Part shown: positions 31,267 through 41,861 of the stretch, piece after piece
Numbering within the stretch: position 1 is the first letter of the stretch
How the letters are laid out: the number at the start of each line of letters is the position of its first letter
Sequence record: SRR33789315_92
Direction: 5' to 3' (one strand)
Length of the DNA stretch: 64,000 bases
Made by a program: the position numbers and the translations under genes
Notes under the pieces: model-generated
What the model was told of the DNA's origin: nothing
The model's input: the letters and a program-made list of their open reading frames with translations, nothing else
Databases searched by the model: none

Positions 31267-33270
31267 CTATAGATCATGCCTAAACGGTAGCGCTGGTAAA
31301 TCCATTGAGTTGTATAAATTGGCAGGGCTGTTATCAGCCCAAGCATAGCGCACAGATGTGGGGTGTTTTATTTGGGCGGCACTGACTATAACGGTGTTGT
31401 CCTCAATCCTTGCTTGCGCATTAACAAATTTGCCATCTTTACCTGCAATTGCGAAACCGAGCAGTTCATTGCCTTTGACTCTTAAACCATCAGCAATATC
31501 TTGGTAAGATAATACTAAGACGTTTTTACCTGACAATGTCTGTTGTTCAACCAGTTTTAAACTTGGGCCAGCGTACGGTATGTCTTCGTTTAGCACTATA
31601 TATTGCGCCGCGCGCCATAAGCGTTCACCGACATCGGCTTTGTTACGTGGGTGAATATCGTCGGCATTGCCTATGTCGATGGTGACGGCCATGCCTGTAT
31701 TGGGTAGGTCTAAAGCAGAGGCTTGTGCTTCTCGTAATAAAGCCCAATCACTGTTCACGGGCTGTTCTTTTTGTTTGAGGTAACTGGCTAATTGTACAAA
31801 CAAAAATGGCATGTCTGGCTGGTGCCACTGTGCACGCCAATCATTGATCAAACCTTTAAAAAGTTTACTATATAAAGCATTAGCTCCCACATTATTTTCA
31901 CCTTGATACCAAATAACGCCCGCAATAGGGTAATTGACTAAGGGATGGATCATGGCATTAAACAATACACTGGGTTTCCAGTTATAAAACTTCACATCTG
32001 GCATTTTGGGTTCGATGTTATTTGACACCTGCCACTGACCACTCAAATCGAGCCTTTCATCATCTAGTTGCAGATAAAAACGAGAATCTTTGCCAATCAA
32101 AACGTTGTTGTCCCAGCTGTTAACTGCCCGAACAACAATGATGTTATCACCTTTGTGTAATAATTCAGTTGGAAGGTTGATTTCGTGAGTCGTGTCTTGC
32201 CAACCTTCTGAATAGATTTGTTGCCCATTAATAAATACTCGCCCAATTTGATTGAGTTCACCAATATCGAAACTGACCTTGTTAGGCACAACATCTAACT
32301 GAAAGTGCTTTCTGGCCCACACAATATCACTTAACGGCTGATTTTCAGCGGTTGGCAAAGTAAAGGGTTTCCATTGGCTATCATCATAATCAATGTTTAA
32401 TATTTTGCCGTCAGCATAGGCTAAAGGGCTGTCAATCAGTTGCCATTTTTGTTGTTCTAATTCGTCGTTATGGCTAAATTCTTGTTGCCATTTTTGTGCA
32501 TTTTGTAGCATGTCATTTGCATCAGTTTGGTAACCCTCAATTGATTGCAAGGCAGTTACTGAGGTCCATGCTTCAGCGGGAGTGCCGCCCCAAGTACTGT
32601 CAATAATCGCTACTGGAATGCCGGTATGTTGTTGATAACGTTTGGCAAAGTGCCAAGCAACGGCTGAAAACTCGCCAGTAGTAGTGGGGCTCGCTATTTT
32701 CCAACTGTCCCCAGTGATGTCAACTTGTGGAAGGGCATGGTACTTTTTGTTGAGTTCAAAATAACGAATGTTTGAATTGGCACTTTTAGCGACTTCGTCT
32801 TGCCAGTTATCCACTTGCCAGCTTAACTTCCATTCCATATTAGATTGTCCAGAGGCTAACCATACGTCACCAATGAGTACATCTTTAATATCAACGTTAT
32901 TATTTGCTTGGCTGATCGTTATTTCAAAAGGTCCACCAGCGACGTGAGCTGGCAAACTCAGTTGCCAGTAGCCGGACTGTTCGGCTACTGTTTTTTGTAA
33001 ACTAATCGCTTGTTGATCTTTTAGTAAACTAACAGTGATGTTTTCACCGGGTACTGCTTGACCCCAAATCTTGATAGGTTTGTTACGTTGCAACACCATG
33101 TGATCAGAAAATATGGCGGCCAGTTTTAAACTTGATTGCATTTTGGGCTCTTGTGTTTCGGGGCTTGTACCGTTTGGTTTGGCCTTATTGTCTGCAGTGC
33201 AAGCACCTAACAAACTCATAAAAACAGCCACTAAACAGAGGCCTTGTATATTAAATTTCATGTTATGCAT
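31267..33270 (-). CDS. Sialate O-acetylesterase-domain (SASA/CE20-like) carbohydrate esterase, lipoprotein
   Basis: Lipobox LGAC; FSDHMVLQR, GQSNM (catalytic Ser), WYQGENN and DIHP (Asp-x-His); a beta-sandwich is inserted between the catalytic halves. Confidence 0.85.
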   Translation of the reverse strand: MHNMKFNIQGLCLVAVFMSLLGACTADNKAKPNGTSPETQEPKMQSSLKLAAIFSDHMVLQRNKPIKIWGQAVPGENITVSLLKDQQAISLQKTVAEQSGYWQLSLPAHVAGGPFEITISQANNNVDIKDVLIGDVWLASGQSNMEWKLSWQVDNWQDEVAKSANSNIRYFELNKKYHALPQVDITGDSWKIASPTTTGEFSAVAWHFAKRYQQHTGIPVAIIDSTWGGTPAEAWTSVTALQSIEGYQTDANDMLQNAQKWQQEFSHNDELEQQKWQLIDSPLAYADGKILNIDYDDSQWKPFTLPTAENQPLSDIVWARKHFQLDVVPNKVSFDIGELNQIGRVFINGQQIYSEGWQDTTHEINLPTELLHKGDNIIVVRAVNSWDNNVLIGKDSRFYLQLDDERLDLSGQWQVSNNIEPKMPDVKFYNWKPSVLFNAMIHPLVNYPIAGVIWYQGENNVGANALYSKLFKGLINDWRAQWHQPDMPFLFVQLASYLKQKEQPVNSDWALLREAQASALDLPNTGMAVTIDIGNADDIHPRNKADVGERLWRAAQYIVLNEDIPYAGPSLKLVEQQTLSGKNVLVLSYQDIADGLRVKGNELLGFAIAGKDGKFVNAQARIEDNTVIVSAAQIKHPTSVRYAWADNSPANLYNSMDLPALPFRHDL

Positions 33271-33441
33271 CCTAATGAGTCTTGTATCTATCTACCAGCG
33301 ATTTTAGAAATAGTCTATTTGTAAATACAGCGTTATATTGCCACCTGAAACCAGTGTTTTTTGCACAGGTATAGACATGTTTTTACTCTACGTTATACAA
33401 AGTCTGACTTAATAGTACCTGTATTCAACAGTCTAAATGTA

Positions 33442-33453
33442 GTAACCGGTTAC
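33442..33453. promoter_or_regulatory. LacI-type operator GTAACCGGTTAC
   Basis: Perfect palindrome in the divergent esterase/GH27 intergenic region. Confidence 0.8.
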
Positions 33454-33661
33454 AGTCTTTTAGGATGCATGTAAGCACCACGTAAATCAATATGCTAAAT
33501 CGTCATTTTTATTGAAAACTAGATACATGTTGAAAAATAGCGACCCCACCTTAAATCTAAGCCACCTTAGGATGAGGGCCTAAACTTAGAAGTAAAAGTG
33601 TCTTTTAAGTTTATTTTAAATACTTAATAGTAATCTATTTAGACTTTGCGTAATATAAAAT

Positions 33662-33673
33662 GAAACCGGTTAC
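33662..33673. promoter_or_regulatory. LacI-type operator (GAAACCGGTTAC)
   Basis: One mismatch; about 50 bp upstream of GH27. Confidence 0.72.
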
Positions 33674-33724
33674 CACATTGTTTAATTCAATGTAGTCACT
33701 ATAAAAAAATCAAATGGGAAAACT

Positions 33725-34939
33725 ATGTTACGCATCTGTTTAATACTGACTTGCTTATTTATTTCGATTTCGAGTGAAGCTAAAAAATTTGCACAACTGG
33801 CACTCACTCCACCCATGGGCTGGAATAGTTGGAATACCTTCGCCTGCGAAATTGATGAACAATTAATTAAAGATATGGCAGACACTATAGCGAATAATGG
33901 CATGCAAAAAGCGGGTTATGAATACATTAATATTGATGACTGTTGGCATGGTGAGCGCGACGTTAATGGCAATATTCAAGTGAATAAACAGCGGTTTCCT
34001 TCTGGTATGAAAGCCTTAGCTGATTATGTACACAGTAAAGGCTTGAAACTTGGACTTTATTCCGATGCGGGATGGAAAACATGTGGTGGGCACCCTGGCA
34101 GTCGGGGCTATGAATTTCAAGATGCACAACAATATGCCAATTGGGGCATCGATTATTTAAAATACGATTGGTGTAATACGGAAGGTTTAAAAGCTGAAGG
34201 TGCATATTTGACTATGCGTGAAGCATTATACAAAGCCGGACGACCAATTGTATTTAGTTTGTGTGAATGGGGTGATAACCAACCCTGGGAATGGGCTAAG
34301 GATATTGGCCAGTTGTGGCGCACAACAGGCGATATTTACCCGTGTTTTGATTGTGAATATAATCACGGAACATGGTCTTCATGGGGAGTATTAAAAATAC
34401 TGGACATGCAAAAAGGCTTACGTCAGTACGCCGGTCCTGGTCATTGGAATGACCCAGATATGATGGAAGTGGGTAATGGCATGTCACCGGCAGAAGATCG
34501 CAGTCATTTTGCCATGTGGGCAATGTTAGCGGCACCACTCATTGCGGGAAATGATTTACGTACAATGAATGCTCATACATTAGGTTTGTTGACGAACAAA
34601 GACATCATTGCGGTAGATCAAGACAAGTTAGGCATTCAGGGCTTTATCTATGCTGAAAAGTTTACTGATACAGATTTGCAAGTTTGGTTTAAACCTTTGG
34701 AAAATGGTGATTGGGCAGTGGCCGTGTTAAATCGCGGTGATAAAACAGCAACATTCAACTTTGATTGGAAAGCGCACAGCGTAAGTGATGAGTTATCACA
34801 ACGAGATGCGCAATTTTCCACACTGAATTATCAGGTGAAAAACTTATGGAATGGTCAGCAAATATCGACTTCCCAACAACCATTACAACAAAAAATCGAT
34901 GCTCACGATACGCTCATATTGCGATTGATTCTTAAGTAA
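33725..34939 (+). CDS. Alpha-galactosidase, GH27
   Basis: Signal peptide; TPPMGWNSWN, IDDCW, YLKYDWC (nucleophile Asp), WRTTGDI (acid/base Asp) and WNDPDMM. Confidence 0.95.
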   Translation: MLRICLILTCLFISISSEAKKFAQLALTPPMGWNSWNTFACEIDEQLIKDMADTIANNGMQKAGYEYINIDDCWHGERDVNGNIQVNKQRFPSGMKALADYVHSKGLKLGLYSDAGWKTCGGHPGSRGYEFQDAQQYANWGIDYLKYDWCNTEGLKAEGAYLTMREALYKAGRPIVFSLCEWGDNQPWEWAKDIGQLWRTTGDIYPCFDCEYNHGTWSSWGVLKILDMQKGLRQYAGPGHWNDPDMMEVGNGMSPAEDRSHFAMWAMLAAPLIAGNDLRTMNAHTLGLLTNKDIIAVDQDKLGIQGFIYAEKFTDTDLQVWFKPLENGDWAVAVLNRGDKTATFNFDWKAHSVSDELSQRDAQFSTLNYQVKNLWNGQQISTSQQPLQQKIDAHDTLILRLILK

Positions 34940-35030
34940 ACCCGCGACAGAATGATTGTGATATGTGGAAATATTTGAATTATAGTCATTGATACACCAA
35001 CTATTTTTCTGTGTGAGTTTTAAATTAGAT

Positions 35031-35070
35031 TAACTGCTGGGTAAATTTTATTTACTTAGCAGTTATTTTT
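35031..35070 (+). terminator. Intrinsic terminator after GH27
   Basis: TAACTGCTGGGTAAA-tttta-TTTACTTAGCAGTTA-TTTTT. Confidence 0.7.
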
Positions 35071-35285
35071 ATTTAAAACAATTGTACTCAAATGTTTAAA
35101 TCGCGATGATTTCACCTAGTGCCTTAAGCCAATAAAACTATAAATAGTAGCCTGCTCGAGTCAAAAAACTCTCATCATTAAATGAAAAATAACGGTATTT
35201 CCCTCTCTTTAGCACTGTTTAATTGTAAAACCATGCAGCGTAATTATAAAAATATAGCAATGTGAATATTTATTTAAATTAGTTG

Positions 35286-35373
35286 TTGTAAGTCTGTAAC
35301 CGGTTACTGTAAACTTTTTGTTAATTTAAAGTAACGGCTTGCATTTTTATTTTACCTTATTGTAACCGGTAAC
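35286..35373 (+). promoter_or_regulatory. Sigma70-like promoter with an operator in the spacer and a second operator 66 bp downstream
   Basis: TTGTAA-18bp-TAAACT with GTAACCGGTTAC at 35296-35307, and GTAACCGGTAAC at 35362-35373. Confidence 0.75.
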
Positions 35374-35486
35374 AATTAATGTGTTGTATCAAAACATGGT
35401 TGATAGCCGATGAATAAGCAAATTTTAATTGATGGCTCAGGATGTATAGCGAGTTTAGCTTAATAATAAAACAGGGACCTTTCCTC

Positions 35487-38400
35487 ATGTTTATAAAGAA
35501 GAAATTGAAAACACAGGTAACATCTATTGCTTTGGCAGTGAGTTGCGCCTTGATTCATAGTGCGGTATTTGGCCAACAGGTTGCTGTTGAGCCAGCAGCA
35601 ATAGATGACACAACTGAAATTATCGAGGTAAAAGGCATTCGTACCTCCCAAGCGGCCGCTATCGATTTAAAAAGAGAAGCCGCTACGATAGTTGATTCGA
35701 TTGTTGCGGAAGACATTGGTAAATTGCCAGATGCGACCATTGCTGATTCACTTTCTCGGATCTCGGGAGTACAGGTTAAACGTGAGGCCAACGAAGCCAC
35801 TTCGCTAAACATCCGTGGTATGCCGCAAGTTTTAACCACGCTTAATGGTGAGCAATTTTTAAGTCCGTGGACCATCACCGATGTGGGCGCTAATTACGGT
35901 GATATTCCTGCGAGTATGATCACTGGAGTAGATGTTTATAAATCGATTAACTCAAAAGCCTTGTCTGGTGGTATTTCGGGTTTAGTTGACTTAAAGACAG
36001 CCAATGCCTTAACACTTAAAAAGGGCTGGACCGGCAATTTGCGTTTGGAAGGATCTCAGGGCGATTTGACTAACGAAGAAGTGCATAGTGATGGAACTGT
36101 CACAACTCGAATTGACCCAAATGTGAATGCTTTTGTTGGTTATAACGGCGGTAAATTTGGTTTTACTGCAGGTTTATTTAAATCTGAATCCAACGCGGCA
36201 AACTACCAAATGTGGGATGACAACCGACTGGCATTTTTAGACTCACAAGGTGGTCAACCAGGCGACCCACTGGATTTAGATAACGACGGTGATTTAGTCA
36301 ATGATTGGTACATGGTGCCAGGTAACTTTGGGGTGCGCAGTAACTTTATGGAGCGTCAACGCAAAGGTGGCGCCCTAAGTATTGAAGTGCAATTAACGGA
36401 TAATTTTAAATTAAGTGGAGATGTGTTTTATACCCAGATGGATCAGTATGATCGTGGGGTAAACATTAATTTTAATGGTCAATCCAGTATAAATTCCATC
36501 TCTATTAACAATGGTCCGCAAGAGCAGGAAAACTTATATAACGTCTTGGTTAAAGAGGGAACCATTACCTCACCAGGCGCTGATATTAGTTATGTGGATG
36601 CCGATGGTAATACCCAAACAAAAACCATACATACTGTGCAAGTGGCACACATTAATTCCCGAGATTTTCAAACTAACTCTAACAATACCATTAATCATAC
36701 AGCGGCATTGAATACTAACTTGCAGTTGGATTATAACAACCACGACAATATTGAAGCGTCAATTCGTTACGTTTATGCCCACGCTGAAAAACAATATCGT
36801 ACAGCCACCTTGAATCAGGGAACACCTGCTTGGTTATGGGTTGATGAAGACGGTATCTCAGGTCATGATCCTATCAACGTTTATGATGTGGTGGTGGATT
36901 ACCGTGGTGAGGTACCCACTTTTAGCTATGATCCTATCGCTAATGATCTATCAAAAGCCTCTTATTTAAGAAAATATCAAGCCGCGGGGGATGGTAGTAA
37001 TACTGAAGCCGATCTGGATGTGCTGCGCGCTGATGTGACCTACTTTCTCGACAGTAACAAGTTTATCCAGTCGGTTGATGGCGGTCTGCGCCGTGGTGTA
37101 CGACAAGCTGACCATACTAAGTTTTTCTACGCTACACCAACTGGTCGTTACTCAACCTGGAATGATGCAACCGTGCCAGAAGACAAACGTTATAAGTTAC
37201 TACCGGGTAACGAAGTCTGGCAAAAATACCCTGAATGGCGTGATTTTTATTATGAGTTAGAAGACGCTAATTTGCGCGCTCAGGATGATTATATCGATAA
37301 CGGTTTTAGTGTTAGAGATACCGATGTATTTACCGATTTTGGCCCGATTAAAGGTTTTGAAAACGGCGTTTCCTCACTTGACCCCAATAATTGGGATAGC
37401 CCCTTAGATTTTCTTAATACTCTTTATCCTGGAACTAAAACCATTGAAGATCCCGGTTTTACTTATGCTGTAAAAGAGACTTCTACGTCAGCATTTTTAC
37501 AAGCTAACTTTGCCAATGATGAGCTGTTTTTTGGCATTCCTGTGCAAGGTGATATTGGGGTTCGTGTAGTACGTACCGAAAGAGAAATTACTAAAGCGGT
37601 GATCCCTGCGGTACTCGATCGTAATAATTCTGTGGGGGCTGGTTCTCAGCCTTGGCAGAAAATTGCCTTTGTGTCTGATACCGAAACTGTTGATCGTTCG
37701 TTTACTGATGTTTTACCTTCACTCAACTTAAACGTTTTCCCTAGTGATGAAGTGATATTACGTTTTGGTGTATCCAAAAATATGACCCGTAATAATTTGG
37801 AAAACCTCGGGTCGGGATTAGTCTTGTGGTATCAGCAATGTGTTAAAACCGCAGCTGATGGTTTTCCAGTTAAGGTACGTGATGGCAGCGGCCAATTACG
37901 CGACGCACTGGTAGGTTGTTCTGGTGGTGGTAGTGACAACGGTGATCCTGATATGAAACCTTGGCGCGCCACAGTCTATAACAGTTCTGTGGAATGGTAT
38001 TTTGCTGAGAATTCGATTATCGGCCTCGGTATGTTTTTAATTGACGTAGAAAGTGCGGTAGCTAGTTATCAAGAACAACGCAATTTTGCCGACGCTGATG
38101 GCATCAACCGTGGCAGAACGGTCAATGTGTGGACTACAGGTAACGTAGACGCCTCTGATTTAATGGGTTTTGAGATTGGTTATAAACAACCTTTTACCTT
38201 CTTTGAAAACCCCATTTTGAATTCTTTGGGCATTGAATTTAACTATACCTATTCAGACAGTGAATCACCCGATATTGATGTAGAAGGTAATGCCTTACCC
38301 TTACCCTCGAACTCTAAACACCAGTCGAACGCCATTTTGTGGTACGACAAAGATGGTTTGAATATGCGTGTGGCCTACAACTGGCGTAGTGAAGAATACG

Positions 38401-38639
38401 TGGACAGGGTTGGACTCAATACTAACGGCGTACCGCTTAATTTGGGTAACTGGAACGAGTCTATTGGTTATCTAGATGCGCAGGTTAATTATTGGGTAAA
38501 TGAGCATATTAGCTTCTCGTTGAGTGGTACTAACTTGACCTCAGAGGACCGCAAATCCTATGCACAGTTTGAAAATCAATTTCAATCACTTTGGGTACAA
38601 GAACGGCGTTATACCTTAGGTATGTCGTTGAGCTTTTAA
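35487..38639 (+). CDS. TonB-dependent receptor
   Basis: Signal peptide, TonB-box-like EIIEVKGIR, plug DSIVAEDIGKLPD..IADSL.RI.GV and a C-terminal LSF. ATG at 35487 preferred (the ORF extends to 35442). Confidence 0.95.
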   Translation: MFIKKKLKTQVTSIALAVSCALIHSAVFGQQVAVEPAAIDDTTEIIEVKGIRTSQAAAIDLKREAATIVDSIVAEDIGKLPDATIADSLSRISGVQVKREANEATSLNIRGMPQVLTTLNGEQFLSPWTITDVGANYGDIPASMITGVDVYKSINSKALSGGISGLVDLKTANALTLKKGWTGNLRLEGSQGDLTNEEVHSDGTVTTRIDPNVNAFVGYNGGKFGFTAGLFKSESNAANYQMWDDNRLAFLDSQGGQPGDPLDLDNDGDLVNDWYMVPGNFGVRSNFMERQRKGGALSIEVQLTDNFKLSGDVFYTQMDQYDRGVNINFNGQSSINSISINNGPQEQENLYNVLVKEGTITSPGADISYVDADGNTQTKTIHTVQVAHINSRDFQTNSNNTINHTAALNTNLQLDYNNHDNIEASIRYVYAHAEKQYRTATLNQGTPAWLWVDEDGISGHDPINVYDVVVDYRGEVPTFSYDPIANDLSKASYLRKYQAAGDGSNTEADLDVLRADVTYFLDSNKFIQSVDGGLRRGVRQADHTKFFYATPTGRYSTWNDATVPEDKRYKLLPGNEVWQKYPEWRDFYYELEDANLRAQDDYIDNGFSVRDTDVFTDFGPIKGFENGVSSLDPNNWDSPLDFLNTLYPGTKTIEDPGFTYAVKETSTSAFLQANFANDELFFGIPVQGDIGVRVVRTEREITKAVIPAVLDRNNSVGAGSQPWQKIAFVSDTETVDRSFTDVLPSLNLNVFPSDEVILRFGVSKNMTRNNLENLGSGLVLWYQQCVKTAADGFPVKVRDGSGQLRDALVGCSGGGSDNGDPDMKPWRATVYNSSVEWYFAENSIIGLGMFLIDVESAVASYQEQRNFADADGINRGRTVNVWTTGNVDASDLMGFEIGYKQPFTFFENPILNSLGIEFNYTYSDSESPDIDVEGNALPLPSNSKHQSNAILWYDKDGLNMRVAYNWRSEEYVDRVGLNTNGVPLNLGNWNESIGYLDAQVNYWVNEHISFSLSGTNLTSEDRKSYAQFENQFQSLWVQERRYTLGMSLSF

Positions 38640-38697
38640 TCTGAATCATTCACCCAAATGTGAACAGACAGCCTTGATGCTGTAAAGAGAGAGAAAT

Positions 38698-41600
38698 ATG
38701 AAAACACTAAATAGTAAGCGCTCAAAAATAGGCAGATATCTCAGTTATTTGCCTGTTGTTATGGCAGGATTATTACTGCAAAGTTGTGGTTCTGAGCTAT
38801 TGGATAAAAATGCCGATATTGATACCTTGGTGCCAGAGGCTCCAGTTGAATTACCTAATCGTCCCGCGCCTTCAGAAGATGCTTTGGTTATAGCCACTAG
38901 CAGTAATGAAATTTTTGATGCCTCAACCGACCCCATCTTATTAAGAGGAATTAACCTGCAATATGGTGACAATCCCGAGGTGCGTTTAGCTGGCATTGCG
39001 GCCATTAAAGAAACCGGCGCTAATGTGGTAAGGTTGCAACTCAGAGCCAATACCACAGCGGAACAATTAGAAGCCGCGCTAGACGAAATTGTGGCTAACG
39101 GCATGATTGCCATGCCCATGTTGTGGGAAGGTGAAGGGCAAATTACCTGTACCGAAAGTTCTGAATTTATCGAAAAATACACTCAGGAATTATGGTTTGA
39201 CCGCTGGATAAATGTATTAGTCAAAGATAAATACCAACCCCATTTAATGATTAATATTGCTAACGAATGGGGCCCCATGAATGTATGGGATGCCAATAGT
39301 GTAGGGTATGCTGAATATATAGACGTATATAAGTCGATTATTCGAGAGTTTAGGACGATAGGTTTTCGGGTTCCTCTGGTTATCGATGCACCCCATTGTG
39401 GCCAGGACTATAACGCTTTTTTGGCTGATCGTGCGCTAGAGCTGCAAGCGGCTGATGTCGAATCTAATATTGTCTTATCTGTTCATGCTTACGGTGCGAA
39501 GTGGAATTCGAGTAATAAGATTGTTGCGGCGACTGATGCTATGTCAAAAACCGGTGTGCCTTTTATCATTGGTGAATTTGGTGGTTCTATGGCATTTGGT
39601 GCGGCTTCTATCGACCATACCGATCTGATTACCAAAGGGGTGGGGGATCAGGCAATGGTCTTTAACTTCCCGTGGAATGGTGGTGACAATAAATCTGCTT
39701 ATCAACATGAATTGCCCGAAGTGCTGGACTTACAAGGTTCAAATATTAGTGCTGATGTGTATATTCCTGTGCGTTATGTGGAAAATGGTAAGTTAGCTGT
39801 GCAAATGTATCTGCGTGATGGTTCTGACCGTTATGCGAGTTTGGGCTTTATGCAGGCTAACGATACCGACTTGAAAGGTAACGCTTGGACCAAACTGAAT
39901 TTTAGTGTGGAAAGTGTCGCTGACTTTGGTGGTTGGGTTGAAGAGGGTTTTGATCTTGCTGATGTGAAAAAGATAGGTTTTGAAGTGTCTGCCAATGGCA
40001 AATCTACTAATGTGGTTGGTGATATCAAATTTGATAATATCAAAATTGAAGCCGGTGGTGCGGTACCCGCCATGTATCAAGCTGATTTTATTGGCGAGAC
40101 TGAAGGTTGGGGTAAAGACTGGACTGCGGGTACTGTAGTGTCTTCTGATGCCGACAATCTGGTTATTACTCAGGATTGGGCAGCTAGTGATTCCTTCGCC
40201 GTTTTTGTTGGTGGCGCGAATACCGGTATTGATACCAGTAAGCCGCTGAACATCAAGGTTAATATGTTTTTGCCAGCTGAGTACGCTAGTGAAACTAGTT
40301 TGTATTTTAAAATCTATGTTAACCATGGCGATGCGTGGGATTGGGCCGAAACGAGTACAGCAACAATTGCTGATTTTACTCCAGGTGAGTGGAGTGAAGT
40401 GGTATTTGAAAATGTAGATTGGACTACTTTGGGCGAATTAAAAAAATTCGGTATGTTACTTGGTGGCGTTAGCGCGGGTAAAACCGAAGCGATACTCGTG
40501 GATTCTATTACTGTCGTTGACCCAGATGCCACTGAAAGTGCCGGTGAACCACCGATGTACAACGCTCAATTTGCTGCTGATGCTGAAAGTTGGGGTAAAT
40601 TCTGGGGCGGGGATACCACAGTTGCCGCCGATGCTGCAGGTTCATTGGTTATCACGCCTGATTGGGTGACTGAAGGTAAACTTGGATTTGGCGTTGCTGG
40701 CAGCAATTTTGATACCTCAGCTCCGGTTACCATCAAAACTAAAGTTTTTATTCCAGCCTCTTATGTGCAAGAAAGTGGATTGTACTTCAAAGTGTTTGTG
40801 CAGGATCAAGGCTGGGGCTGGTTCTCTGCACCTCAACCAGATTTAACATTGGCTGATTTTACTCCTGGCGAATGGACTGAAATTACAATTGAAAATGTGG
40901 ACTTATCTTCACAAGTTGCGCCTTTCCAACGTTTTGGTATCGAAATGGGTGGAGTGGTAATGACGGAAAACACCGATCCTATCTTGATTGATTACTTGGC
41001 AGTGCTAGGTGATGGTCAATCACTGGATGCTGGTGGTGTGTTGGGCCTAATTACTCAATATGAGCAGGACTTTATTGGCGAACTAGGCGGTTGGGAACGT
41101 GATACTTGGGAAGATCCTACCGGTTCTATTATGGTAGAAGGTACAGACTTAGCCTTGAGTCAACAATGGTCAAGTAAAGATCAACTTGGTTTCTATGTAG
41201 GTGGTAGTGTAGCGAATTTGGACACCAGCGCGCCGCTCACCTTAAGCGCCCGAGTGTATATTCCAGCGTCATACAGTGATGCCAACAGTTTATTTTTCCG
41301 CTTCTATGTACAACACGGTGATGATTGGTCTGGTTGGAATATCACAGAGAATAAGGTTTTTGCTGATTTTAATGTTGGTGGTTGGACTGAGTTAACCTTC
41401 GAAGATGTTGATTTTACTATGGTACAAACACTACAACGTCTTGGTATTCAAGTGGGTGGCGTAGGTGCTGATAAAGCAGAGCCGATTTTGATTGATTATG
41501 TCAAAGTGGAGAAAATTGGTTTAGTACCTTTAGAGTTAGAAACACTCTTCAACATGAGCTTTAACGACCCAGCTGAAGTTGAGGCGTGGACCTTGGATTA

Positions 41601-41832
41601 CGCTGAAGGTGGCTTTGATACAGAAGTACTGAGAGAAGCCAAAGTGCACGGTTTTGGGGTAGTGCCTTATGGCTGGATGGCGTGGTCATGGAAAGGCAAT
41701 GGTGAAGCGACTATTGGATTGGATATGTCGACCTCAGAAAACAGTGTTGAGTTAACCACTCGTGGTAATGAGATTGTCAACGGACCAAATGGCATTAAAG
41801 CCAGTTCGGTAGCGGCAGGATTTGGTAATTAA
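38698..41832 (+). CDS. Lipoprotein GH5 (GH5_8-like) endo-beta-mannanase with a split catalytic barrel and four inserted CBM-like modules
   Basis: Lipobox LQSC; LRGIN, GANVVRL, NIANEW (E190), SVHAY and IGEFG (E293). The last strand GWMAWSWKGN..LDM..LTTRGNEIV.GPNGI appears only at about aa 992-1040. Confidence 0.85.
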   Translation: MKTLNSKRSKIGRYLSYLPVVMAGLLLQSCGSELLDKNADIDTLVPEAPVELPNRPAPSEDALVIATSSNEIFDASTDPILLRGINLQYGDNPEVRLAGIAAIKETGANVVRLQLRANTTAEQLEAALDEIVANGMIAMPMLWEGEGQITCTESSEFIEKYTQELWFDRWINVLVKDKYQPHLMINIANEWGPMNVWDANSVGYAEYIDVYKSIIREFRTIGFRVPLVIDAPHCGQDYNAFLADRALELQAADVESNIVLSVHAYGAKWNSSNKIVAATDAMSKTGVPFIIGEFGGSMAFGAASIDHTDLITKGVGDQAMVFNFPWNGGDNKSAYQHELPEVLDLQGSNISADVYIPVRYVENGKLAVQMYLRDGSDRYASLGFMQANDTDLKGNAWTKLNFSVESVADFGGWVEEGFDLADVKKIGFEVSANGKSTNVVGDIKFDNIKIEAGGAVPAMYQADFIGETEGWGKDWTAGTVVSSDADNLVITQDWAASDSFAVFVGGANTGIDTSKPLNIKVNMFLPAEYASETSLYFKIYVNHGDAWDWAETSTATIADFTPGEWSEVVFENVDWTTLGELKKFGMLLGGVSAGKTEAILVDSITVVDPDATESAGEPPMYNAQFAADAESWGKFWGGDTTVAADAAGSLVITPDWVTEGKLGFGVAGSNFDTSAPVTIKTKVFIPASYVQESGLYFKVFVQDQGWGWFSAPQPDLTLADFTPGEWTEITIENVDLSSQVAPFQRFGIEMGGVVMTENTDPILIDYLAVLGDGQSLDAGGVLGLITQYEQDFIGELGGWERDTWEDPTGSIMVEGTDLALSQQWSSKDQLGFYVGGSVANLDTSAPLTLSARVYIPASYSDANSLFFRFYVQHGDDWSGWNITENKVFADFNVGGWTELTFEDVDFTMVQTLQRLGIQVGGVGADKAEPILIDYVKVEKIGLVPLELETLFNMSFNDPAEVEAWTLDYAEGGFDTEVLREAKVHGFGVVPYGWMAWSWKGNGEATIGLDMSTSENSVELTTRGNEIVNGPNGIKASSVAAGFGN

Positions 41833-41861
41833 TCCTTAGTTTAAGGTAATATAGCTTTTTT

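Noticed and set aside
38698-41832. GH5 as a pseudogene or truncated enzyme
   Set aside because: The ORF is intact, both catalytic Glu are present, and the missing beta-8 motif is found at the C-terminus.
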